Below are positions 43,740-51,577 of a stretch of DNA of 64,000 nt, in pieces. Both the position numbers and the translations under genes were made by a program. Source of the DNA: Deinococcales bacterium (GTDB lineage Bacteria; Deinococcota; Deinococci; Deinococcales; Trueperaceae); NCBI GenBank assembly GCA_037386005.1, contig JARRMM010000005.1:21045-85044 (forward strand), given 5' to 3'. Numbering within the stretch: position 1 is the stretch's first letter; every line of letters starts with the position of its first letter. The notes below the pieces were generated by a model. It made no database searches. It saw nothing but the letters and a program-made list of their open reading frames with translations, and was not told the DNA's origin.

Positions 43740-44396
43740 ATGGCAGACGAGCAGGCCATGACGAGAAGCATCCAGAGAAGTGCGACACCCAGGATCGGCA
43801 ACGAGGCCGTCGCGACCGTTGGCGCCGCCGGCTCCGTCGTGGCGATCGTCGGTCTCGCCGGGGTTCTGCCCCAGCTTCTGGCCGAGATCGCCGTCATCCT
43901 CGTGGGGGCCGCCTACGTCGCCGCCCAGGGGAGCGCGGTGGCGCGCTTCCAGCTCTCGCTGAGCGAGGAGGAGCGTAGGCAGCTCCACAGGCTCCCGGTC
44001 GGCGGCGCGGTCACCGGCGAGTTCGTCGGCGGCATGGCCGCTGCGCTGCTGGGCCTGCTGGCGCTCCTCAACGTCGCGCAGATGCCGCTGCTCGCCATCG
44101 CGGTCATCCTGTTGGGTGCCGTGCAGATCGCGAGCGGTCGGAGTCTGAACCGCATCAGCGCGTTGATGATCGAGACGTCGGACGCCGATCCCCGGGTCAA
44201 GGCGGTGGCTCGCGAGGCCGCTGGGGCGTCGTTGGGGGCCGTGTTGCTGATCGGCATGGGCGCCGTGACGCTCGGCATCCTGGCGTTGGTCCTCCACGTC
44301 GCCACGCTGTCGCTGGTGCTCGCAGCCGGGATCGCGCTCGGCCTGGGGACGCTGGTCGATGCGGCTTCCCGTTCCGAGCACGTACCCGCGTCCTGA
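43740..44396 (+). CDS. Hypothetical membrane protein
   Basis: About 6 Ala/Gly/Leu-rich TM segments; SD GGAAGGGAGG before ATG 43740. Confidence 0.6.
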   Translation: MADEQAMTRSIQRSATPRIGNEAVATVGAAGSVVAIVGLAGVLPQLLAEIAVILVGAAYVAAQGSAVARFQLSLSEEERRQLHRLPVGGAVTGEFVGGMAAALLGLLALLNVAQMPLLAIAVILLGAVQIASGRSLNRISALMIETSDADPRVKAVAREAAGASLGAVLLIGMGAVTLGILALVLHVATLSLVLAAGIALGLGTLVDAASRSEHVPAS

Positions 44397-44422
44397 GCGT
44401 CCCTGTCGCGCGTGCGGGGGGC

Positions 44423-44460
44423 CGAGGGGCCGCGAGCCGGCCTGGGGTCGCGGCCCCTCG
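44423..44460 (+). terminator. Stem-loop after the membrane-protein gene
   Basis: 13-bp perfect stem CGAGGGGCCGCGA / TCGCGGCCCCTCG. No U-tract. Confidence 0.45.
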
Positions 44461-44565
44461 CACGCCCGCCGACGGGCGCCCGTGGGCGCGACGCGGGCAC
44501 GAGCCCTGTTCCGATGCCCCCGTGTCCGGCCGGACCGCGTCGCGCCGGCACGGAAGGAGGTCGTC

Positions 44566-44892
44566 ATGAGCGAGATCCATCCATCGGACGCGCATCGGGT
44601 CCTGCGCCGGGAGTTCGGCTTCCGCCTGGACGACACGCGTGAGCGGGGCCGGGAGCGGATGGTCGCTGCCGTGGAGCGCGGCCTGGGCGTCTCGAGGAAG
44701 GACGCCGACGACGCCGTGTACGCGCTCGAGCACGCCGAGCTGGTGCGCTTCGTCCACGACGACGCCGGCGACGAGGGCGCACCGTTGCCCCAGGGCCTCC
44801 CCCGGGGCGCGACCGCGCCCGCGCCGATCCTCTCGCGCGCACCCGCCGACGCGACCGGCGCCGGCCACTGGCGCATCGGCGAGGAAGGCTGA
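44566..44892 (+). CDS. Hypothetical 108-aa protein immediately upstream of rtcB
   Basis: Strong SD GGAAGGAGG 5 nt before ATG 44566; MSEIHPSDAHRVLRREFGFRLDDTRERGRERMVAAVERGLGVSRKDADDAVYALEHAELVRF.. No family recognised. Confidence 0.55.
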   Translation: MSEIHPSDAHRVLRREFGFRLDDTRERGRERMVAAVERGLGVSRKDADDAVYALEHAELVRFVHDDAGDEGAPLPQGLPRGATAPAPILSRAPADATGAGHWRIGEEG

Positions 44893-44949
44893 GCGGCATA
44901 TCGGGGTCGGCGCGCCGAGCACGGTGGGCCGACCGTTGAAGGACGGAAC

Positions 44950-46284
44950 ATGCGCGAGGCATGGGCACGGCTCGGTGCCGAGCTGGTCCAGGAGGGCGTG
45001 TACCGCGCGGAGCGCGGCGGCGTCGAGGTGCTGGTGCTGCTGACCGAGCCGCTGGTGGAGACGCTGGAGGAGGGGGCCCTGGCGCAGCTCGAGCGGGCGT
45101 TGGCGCTCCCGGGGCTCGAGCGCGTGGTGGTCACGCCCGACGTGCACACCGGCTACGCCGTTCCGATCGGCTTCACTGCGGTCTCCCGCACCCATCTGTA
45201 CCCCGACACGGTCGGCCCGGACCCGGCCTGCTCGGTCTCGCTGTCGAGGTTCTGCGCACCCACCCTCGATGCGCTCGACAAGCCCGCGCGCCGCGCCATC
45301 CTCGACGACCTGGAAACGCACATCGGAGTCTCCCAGCGGCGGCGGCACCGCCGTCACCCACGCATCGGCGCCCGGTTGAGCTTCGAGGAGCTGCTGGCGG
45401 TGGTGTGGGGTGAACGCAGGGCGCCGGGGACCTGGGTTGCAGGGTCGCCGAGGCTGCCGGAACGCTTTGACGCCGCCGACCTCGAGAGGCTCACGTCGTT
45501 CCTGCGCGAGGCGGCGACGGAGGCCACGCTGGCGCAGATCGGAACGATCGGCGGCGGCAACCACTTCCTGGAAGTGGAACGGGGCCAGGGAGGCGACCAC
45601 TACATCATGGCGCACTTCGGCTCGCGCGGCCTCGGCGGCCGGGGCAGCGAGCTCTTGTTCGCGCGGCTGCGCGCGGACCAGCGCGGCCGTTGCGGCGCCG
45701 TCGCCGGTGACGCGCTGCTCTGGGTCGACGCCGACAGCTCGCTCGGGCGTCTGTACGACATGTTCCAGCAGGCCATGCTCGAGTACACCAGCTACCACCA
45801 CGGCGAGGTCCAGCGCGTGGCGGGGGACGTCATCGGTCGGCATCTGATGCCGTGCGAGGCCCCGGCGTTCGCGGGGCACATCCCCCACAACTTCATCGAA
45901 TGGCGGGGCGGCCGCTACTGGCAGCGCAAGGGGGCGACGCCCGCCTACGGCGACACCACCGTGCCGCTCCTCATCCCCGGCAGCATGAGCACGGCCTCCT
46001 ACCTGCTGAGGCCGGGTCCCAACGCCGACCGGTTCGGCGCCAGCGTGCCGCACGGTGCCGGCCGCAAGCTCAGCCGACGCGAGGCCGCCCGATCGCTCGA
46101 TCAGGCCACCATGGACGCCGCCTTCGATGCCAGCGGCGCCATGGGCAACTTCCGCCACGTGCCGCTCGACGAGTCGAGTGGCGCCTACAAGAACGTCGAC
46201 GAGGTCATCCGCGCGGTGACCGTCTCCGGCGTCGCCGAGGTCGTCGACCGGCTCACCCCGCTGCTGGTCCTCAAGGGCGTGTGA
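44950..46284 (+). CDS. rtcB: RtcB family RNA ligase
   Basis: Motifs TPDVHTGYAVPIG, GGGNHFLEVE, HFGSRGLG, IPHNF, IPGSMSTASY, PHGAGR. Confidence 0.85.
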   Translation: MREAWARLGAELVQEGVYRAERGGVEVLVLLTEPLVETLEEGALAQLERALALPGLERVVVTPDVHTGYAVPIGFTAVSRTHLYPDTVGPDPACSVSLSRFCAPTLDALDKPARRAILDDLETHIGVSQRRRHRRHPRIGARLSFEELLAVVWGERRAPGTWVAGSPRLPERFDAADLERLTSFLREAATEATLAQIGTIGGGNHFLEVERGQGGDHYIMAHFGSRGLGGRGSELLFARLRADQRGRCGAVAGDALLWVDADSSLGRLYDMFQQAMLEYTSYHHGEVQRVAGDVIGRHLMPCEAPAFAGHIPHNFIEWRGGRYWQRKGATPAYGDTTVPLLIPGSMSTASYLLRPGPNADRFGASVPHGAGRKLSRREAARSLDQATMDAAFDASGAMGNFRHVPLDESSGAYKNVDEVIRAVTVSGVAEVVDRLTPLLVLKGV

Positions 46285-46291
46285 AGTTGGA

Positions 46292-47308
46292 TCAGTCGAG
46301 GAAGTCTCGCAAGGACACGTCGCGGCGGGCCAGGTACTGCAGCTTCCGGAGCGCACGCGCCTCGGCCTGACGCACCGCTTCCCGCGTGATCCCGTACTGG
46401 CGCCCGATGTCTTCGAGCGTGTGCTGCTGCCCGTCCACCAGCCCGAACCGGAGCCGCAGGACGTTGGCCTCGCGTTCCGACAGCCGCCCGAGCAGGTGGC
46501 CCAGCTTGTCCGAGAGAGCGGACTCGCTGGCGAGCTCGACGGGAGCGTCGGCATGCGCGTCGGCCAGAAGCTCGCCCAGGGTGGTGTCCTGCTCGTCGCC
46601 CACGGGCCGTTCCAGGGAGAGCGTGTCGCGCGCTTGCCGCAGCGTGTGATCGACGCGCTCCACCGTCCAGCCCTCCCCCATGCCCCCGGCGATCTCCTCG
46701 CGGGTGGGCGGGCGCCCCAGCTCCTGCTCGAGCTTGTCGGCCGTGGAGCGAAGCTTGTTGAGCGTCTCCTGGAAGTGCACCGGCAAGCGGATCGTACGCG
46801 AAGCGTTCGCCAGCGCACGCACTACCGCCTGACGGATCCACCACACCGCGTAGGTCGAGAACTTGTAGCCCGTGCTCACGTCGTATTTCTCGACCGCGTG
46901 CATCAAGCCGGCATTGCCCTCCTGGATCAGGTCCAGGAGCGGCAGCCCCCGGTTCCGGTAGCGCTTGGCGACCGACACGACCAGCCGCAGGTTGGCCTCG
47001 ATGAGGTGCTGCCGCGCGCGCTCGGCGTCCTCGACCTGCCGCATCAGGCGGCGCCGCTCGCGGGGCTCGAGGGCGTCCGCCTCGCGCTCGAGGCGTGCCT
47101 CCGCTTCCTTCCCGCTGTCGACGCGACGCGCGAGGGCCACCTCCTCCTCGCGATCCAGGAGGGGGACGCGCCCGATCTCGCTCAGGTAGCGCTGGAGGTC
47201 GTTGCCGTCGCTGACGGCTCGTCGCTGCTGCGAGGCTTCGTGCCCGGCATCGTGGAGCGGCGTCTCGGCCTCGCGTTCGTGCTCGTCTTGGATCAACGTT
47301 CTGTTCAT
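46292..47308 (-). CDS. Sigma-70 family RNA polymerase sigma factor (group 1/2-like, no long region 1.1)
   Basis: Region 2 ..LIEANLRLVVSVAKRYRNRGLPLLDLIQEGNAGLMHAVEKYD..YKFSTYAVWWIRQAV.. and region 4.2 ..TLEDIGRQYGITREAVRQAEARALRKL.. The track ORF extends spuriously to 48643. Start ATG 47308 or 47314. Confidence 0.9.
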   Translation of the reverse strand: MNRTLIQDEHEREAETPLHDAGHEASQQRRAVSDGNDLQRYLSEIGRVPLLDREEEVALARRVDSGKEAEARLEREADALEPRERRRLMRQVEDAERARQHLIEANLRLVVSVAKRYRNRGLPLLDLIQEGNAGLMHAVEKYDVSTGYKFSTYAVWWIRQAVVRALANASRTIRLPVHFQETLNKLRSTADKLEQELGRPPTREEIAGGMGEGWTVERVDHTLRQARDTLSLERPVGDEQDTTLGELLADAHADAPVELASESALSDKLGHLLGRLSEREANVLRLRFGLVDGQQHTLEDIGRQYGITREAVRQAEARALRKLQYLARRDVSLRDFLD

Positions 47309-47463
47309 AGGCATCTCCGTGGGGCGGCCGCCCTGCGCTTCCCGAAGGCTCCGGGCTCCAAGCCCCGAGCCATCCACGCACCGCCCCCACCGGGGTCGGC
47401 AGCGCGTCGATGGAATGAGTACGGGGGACGTGACGACGCCATGGGCCGCCGCCACACAAGGTG

Positions 47464-47482
47464 ATTGTACCACAGCGGTACA
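47464..47482 (-). promoter_or_regulatory. Extended -10 (TGGTACAAT) overlapped by palindrome TGTACC-N5-GGTACA upstream of the sigma factor gene
   Basis: Minus strand reads GTGTACCGCTGTGGTACAATCAC. The 6-nt half-sites at 47466-47471 and 47477-47482 are perfect. Confidence 0.5.
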
Positions 47483-47653
47483 CATTCCTCCAAGCGCTTG
47501 TGAACGGCTCCGCCTGCATCCGTATGCGCAGCGTGACGTCGGGGACGTGCCCCGGACGCGCTCGCAGGCGCGGTAGATTGCATGGGAGCCGCCCGGGCGC
47601 CGTCGCCGCCGGGGCGCCGCCGGCTGCGCGACCAGGGGGGTGAGGCGAGAGCC

Positions 47654-48748
47654 ATGCGCGACGCCTTCCAAAGCATGTGGCGTAACCCGTTGGTCCGGGT
47701 GGTGGCCGCCCTGCTCCTCGTCGCGGCATTCCTCTGGTTCCTGTATGCGACGCGGGGCGTCTGGTTCATCGTCATCGCCGCCTTCGTGCTGGCGTACCTG
47801 CTCCACCCCCTGGTCCGGTGGAGTCGTCGACGCTTCCACGTGCGCTGGATCGGCCTGGCGGTGTCGGTGCTGGCGGTGCTCGCGGTTCTGGGCGGTTTCG
47901 CCCTGCTGTTCTACGACCTCTTCAAGCAGCTCTCCACCCTGCCCGACCAGCTGCCCGGGCTGATCCAGCAGGCCACCTCCGTGACGCAGCACGTGCCGGC
48001 GCTCATCCAGAGCGCCCCGCTGCCCTCCTCGTTCAAGACCACCCTCAGCAACGCCTACGGCTCGCTGCACACGCAAGTCAGCCAGTGGGCGAGCCACTTC
48101 CTGGATCAGTTCGCCAACTACGTCACCGGCGGCGGTCTCTTCCATACCGTCCGGACGATCGTCGGCGACTTCGTGCGCGTGCTCGGTCTGCTCGCGCTCA
48201 CCGCCTACCTGCTCGCCGACTTCCAGCGCGTGAGCCGCAGCCTGCAGCTCGCCGCGCCCGAGCCCTACCAGCCCTTCATCGCGGACGTCATCGGCAAGTT
48301 CGAGCACGCCGTGGGCGGCTACTTCCGCGGCCAGCTCATCGTGGCCGCCATCGTGGGTGCCGTCACCGGCGTCGGCATGGCCATCCTCGGCGTACCGCTG
48401 GCACTCTCGCTGGGCTTCCTGGGAGGGCTGTTCGACCTCGTGCCCTACCTCGGCCCGATCATCGCCGTGACCCCCGCGCTGCTGCTCGCGGCGCCGCTGG
48501 GATGGTGGACGGTGCTCGGCGTGGTCATCGTCTTCACCATCGCCAATCAGCTCGAGGGGCACGTGCTGGAGCCGCTGGTCCTCGGGCGAACGGTGCGACT
48601 GCACCCCACGACCGTCGTCGTCGCCCTGCTCCTCGGCCTGCACTTCGCAGGTGTGCTGGGCGCGCTGCTGGCGGTGCCGTTGATGGGTTTCGCCAAGCTC
48701 CTTTTCGACCAGTACTACCGCAACAGCCGCTTCTACCGCGACGGCTGA
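47654..48748 (+). CDS. AI-2E family transporter (PerM/UPF0118)
   Basis: About 8 TM helices; ..GQLIVAAIVGAVTGVGMAILGVPLALSLGFLGGLFDLVPYLGPII.. is typical of the family. Confidence 0.85.
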   Translation: MRDAFQSMWRNPLVRVVAALLLVAAFLWFLYATRGVWFIVIAAFVLAYLLHPLVRWSRRRFHVRWIGLAVSVLAVLAVLGGFALLFYDLFKQLSTLPDQLPGLIQQATSVTQHVPALIQSAPLPSSFKTTLSNAYGSLHTQVSQWASHFLDQFANYVTGGGLFHTVRTIVGDFVRVLGLLALTAYLLADFQRVSRSLQLAAPEPYQPFIADVIGKFEHAVGGYFRGQLIVAAIVGAVTGVGMAILGVPLALSLGFLGGLFDLVPYLGPIIAVTPALLLAAPLGWWTVLGVVIVFTIANQLEGHVLEPLVLGRTVRLHPTTVVVALLLGLHFAGVLGALLAVPLMGFAKLLFDQYYRNSRFYRDG

Positions 48749-49866
48749 CCAGGGGGCGCCTCGCTCCGCTCACGGCTGGGCCCGTCGTTGGTGGACCCCT
48801 CGCTGTTGCGCCCCTCGCTGCTGCGCTCGTGCGCGCGTACGGTCGGCGGGGGAGCTGCCTCGGGTGGCCCGCCCTGTTGTGGCCCGCCCTGTTGCGGGCC
48901 GCCCTCGTGTGGGCCCTCCTCGCCTGCGCCCCCGTCCGGGTCCTCGTCCGGGTCCTCGTCCGGGTCCTCGTCCGGGCCCGATTCTGAGCCCAGGTCCGGC
49001 GAGCGACCGTCCTGCTGGGTGCGCCGGCGCCGCAGGCGGGCCTCCTGGGCCCTGCGCGCCTGCTCGAACACCGCCACGAACACGCTGAGGCCGAGCGCCC
49101 CGAGCACCACGATGCTGAGCGGGACGGGGATCCCCGGCGGGATCACCACCACGAAGACGCCCGCCAACGAGTCCCACAGTGCGTGCAGGAGCACGACGAA
49201 GGTGAAGGCCAGCGTCACCGAAGGGGTGATGCGGAAGCGCCCGCCCTTCGCCTCCCGGAAGGTGACGGCGGCCAGGATGCCGGTCCAGACACCGTGCTCG
49301 AAGGGGGCCAGCAGGCCCCGGATCACCGTCTCGCGTACCGCCGCGCCGATGTGGCCGCCGCTCGCCAGCAGGGTGGTGAAGGCGTAGCCGGTGCTCTCCA
49401 GGGCGGCGAAACCCATGCCGACGGCCGCGCCCAGGAGGAGCCCGTCCATCTCGGTGCGTTGGCGAGCACGGCGGGCCAGGATCAACACGGCGGCGATCTT
49501 CGAGCCCTCCTCGATCAACCCGACCAGGACGGCTCCGGCGGCGCTCAGCCGGCCGAAGCCAGGGCTGGGCGGGAGCAGCAACGGCTCCAGCAGTGAGGCG
49601 CCGAGCAGGCCCAGCGCACCCCCGATGGTGAAGCTCCGGAGCATCGTGCGGGGCGTCAGATTGCTGAGATGGCGGTGCTCGTAGAGGAACATGACGAACA
49701 CCACCGGCACGAGGAAGTTGCCGATCAGCACCACGGTGGGGAAGAGGTTCGGGTTCCGCGTGACGAGCAGCAGGAGGCTTCCGGCCACGAACAGGCCCGA
49801 GCCCGTGAGGAGCGTCCACAGCCACTCCGAGCCGCCACGGTGGGCTCGCTGGTCATCGGCAGCCAC
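48733..49866 (-). CDS. PrsW family intramembrane metalloprotease with repetitive acidic/Pro-Gly C-terminal tail
   Basis: Motifs LIEEGSK, GFAALESTGYAF, FEHGVWTG, LLHALWD. GTG 49866 lies 5 nt after GGAAGGAGG. Tail ..GPDEDPDEDPDEDPDGGAGEEGPHEGGPQQGGPQQGG.. Confidence 0.8.
   Translation of the reverse strand: MAADDQRAHRGGSEWLWTLLTGSGLFVAGSLLLLVTRNPNLFPTVVLIGNFLVPVVFVMFLYEHRHLSNLTPRTMLRSFTIGGALGLLGASLLEPLLLPPSPGFGRLSAAGAVLVGLIEEGSKIAAVLILARRARQRTEMDGLLLGAAVGMGFAALESTGYAFTTLLASGGHIGAAVRETVIRGLLAPFEHGVWTGILAAVTFREAKGGRFRITPSVTLAFTFVVLLHALWDSLAGVFVVVIPPGIPVPLSIVVLGALGLSVFVAVFEQARRAQEARLRRRRTQQDGRSPDLGSESGPDEDPDEDPDEDPDGGAGEEGPHEGGPQQGGPQQGGPPEAAPPPTVRAHERSSEGRNSEGSTNDGPSRERSEAPPGQPSR
48866..48976. 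repeat. Short in-frame tandem repeats in the PrsW 3' region
   Basis: About 3 copies of a 15-bp unit (GGCCCGCCCTGTTGT-like, 48866-48910) and ~3.6 copies of the 12-bp unit GTCCGGGTCCTC (48934-48976). Confidence 0.8.
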
Positions 49867-50128
49867 GGGGGCCTCCTTCCCGACTGGGTCCTTGCGGACT
49901 GAGTCCTTGCAGACCACGAGCCGTGCCCCGATGGACGGCACGGGAGGCGCGGCGGCGGGCGCCGTCAGGGGCGCGGGGGCCGCAACGGCCGCCGGTGCGG
50001 TACGCCCCAGACAGGAAGGCCCCGCCGCGCCTCGACCCATCGTGAGGGTCGGAGCGGGCGGGGCTGGAATCCGGCGCGACGTCAGGGGGCCGAACCTCGG
50101 GTCGGTCGGGCCGGCGTCGCCGGAGCCG

Positions 50129-50737
50129 CTACATGCCGCTGCTGCTAGAGCCTCCCGAGCTGCTGGAGCCGGACATGGCGCTCGCCAGGTCCGCCTTGGG
50201 TGTGGTGATGATCCACCCCACCGCGGCGACCGGCGTCCCGTGCGAGAGCACGTTGCCCTGGATCTTGCTCTTGGCGTTGGCGTTGACCAGCTTGGGCGGG
50301 GTACCGGGCTTGACGGCCCAGTACACGCTGTTGCTGTCGATCATGCTGTCGGAGACCGTGTACTGGACGGGGTTCTTGAAGGCCTCGACGAGCTTGCCGG
50401 TCTTCGTGTCGAGGACGCGGTAGGCGAAGTTGGCGACGACCTTCTGCTTGCTGTTGACCATGCTGTCCCAGCGCGCGTTGCTGGACGCCAGCACCTGGAA
50501 CTCGACCGGGTCCTGGAAGGCGTTCGTCGGGATGTAGATGGTCATCTCACCGGGGGCGGACTTGGTGAAGTACGCGTCCGGCACCGTGATGGACGCGGAC
50601 TGGCCGGGCTGCAGGTTGACCGTCGCGAGGACGTGGGGGAACTCCTGGCTCACCGGTGTGCTCGGCATCTGCTGGGCGAACGTGGCGCCCGCAAGCAGGA
50701 CGACCAAGCCGGCCAGGATCATCGTGCGAGTACGCAT
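50129..50737 (-). CDS. Secreted hypothetical protein with Ser/Gly-rich C-terminus
   Basis: Signal peptide MRTRTMILAGLVVLLAGATFAQ; SD GAAGGAGG before ATG 50737. The track ORF extends to 50929. Confidence 0.65.
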   Translation of the reverse strand: MRTRTMILAGLVVLLAGATFAQQMPSTPVSQEFPHVLATVNLQPGQSASITVPDAYFTKSAPGEMTIYIPTNAFQDPVEFQVLASSNARWDSMVNSKQKVVANFAYRVLDTKTGKLVEAFKNPVQYTVSDSMIDSNSVYWAVKPGTPPKLVNANAKSKIQGNVLSHGTPVAAVGWIITTPKADLASAMSGSSSSGGSSSSGM

Positions 50738-50875
50738 GCCGACCTCCTTCCGGCCCCGCTCGGGGCCAACGGTCATGGTGGCGGCTGTTCTCATGAAAGG
50801 GTTGAGCATTCGGTGAGGAGCGGCCGGCCCGGCACGGCGGACGTGCGGCCGGAGGGGCGCGCCGTCGTGTGTGCG

Positions 50876-50887
50876 GGACAATTGTCC
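50876..50887. promoter_or_regulatory. Perfect 12-nt palindrome GGACAATTGTCC in a divergent intergenic region
   Basis: Lies ~25 nt upstream of a plus-strand extended -10-like TGCTACCCT (50912-50920), between divergent secreted-protein genes. Confidence 0.4.
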
Positions 50888-51002
50888 TCTGGTGATGAAT
50901 GTCCCAGTCGGTGCTACCCTCGGAGGCAAGATCCGAGCCGTTGACGGGCTCTAGGGGGCCTGGAGCCGCTGACGGCGCCAAGTCCGCGTGGAAGGGAGAG
51001 CC

Positions 51003-51383
51003 ATGCGCCATACGAAGTGGTTGATCGTTCTCGTTGCGTTCCAACCGGGCGAGGCGGCGGTCTGGCGCGCCTACGTGTTCGACGCCGTGACGGGCGCGCG
51101 CGTCACGCAAGCCGAGATCACCAACCGCGACATCAAGCTCCAGGTCACCCTCGACAACGGCAAGAGCATCGACATGAGCTACGGCGCGCACCCGCCCGGC
51201 GCTCCCGCCAGCAGCCAGGAACACTACTGGACCGGCGCCTGGACCATCCCCGCCGACGCCGCCGCGGGCACGTACAACTGGACGCTCACGGTGACGGACG
51301 GGACCGGCCACAAGGACTCCTTCACGCCGATCGGGCAGAACATCGGCTTGGACCAGCTCACGATCGCCAAGCCGCAGTCCTGA
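51003..51383 (+). CDS. Small secreted beta-sandwich-like protein
   Basis: MRHTKWLIVLVAFQPGEAAV.. N-terminus; ..AAAGTYNWTLTVTDGTGHKDSF..; SD GGAAGGGAG before ATG 51003. Confidence 0.6.
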   Translation: MRHTKWLIVLVAFQPGEAAVWRAYVFDAVTGARVTQAEITNRDIKLQVTLDNGKSIDMSYGAHPPGAPASSQEHYWTGAWTIPADAAAGTYNWTLTVTDGTGHKDSFTPIGQNIGLDQLTIAKPQS

Positions 51384-51412
51384 GTCCGAACGCGTAGGCT
51401 TGCACGCAACCG

Positions 51413-51449
51413 CGGCCGCAGCTCCGCCACCGTCGTGGAGCTGCGGCCG
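51413..51449 (+). terminator. Stem-loop terminator candidate
   Basis: 13-bp perfect stem CGGCCGCAGCTCC / GGAGCTGCGGCCG with an 11-nt loop, followed by TGCTCT. Confidence 0.5.
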
Positions 51450-51577
51450 TGCTCTGGGACGGGTGTGAGCGCACCTCGATGGCGGGGACGGCCCGACGCG
51501 TCCGTTGCGATCTTGGAGCCGGGATCCTCCGGGCGGTCGGACCTGCGCGCAACGCACCCGGGAAGGCGAGGTGGACG

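Noticed and set aside
41479-46284. The idea that the vWA protein near rtcB represents an Rsr (Ro60)/Y-RNA/RtcB module, with a Y-RNA hidden in the 43255-43739 intergenic region.
   Set aside because: The vWA protein is only 215 aa and has no TROVE-like N-terminal domain. Three unrelated genes separate it from rtcB, and I could not identify a Y-RNA-like long stem with a bulged helix by eye.
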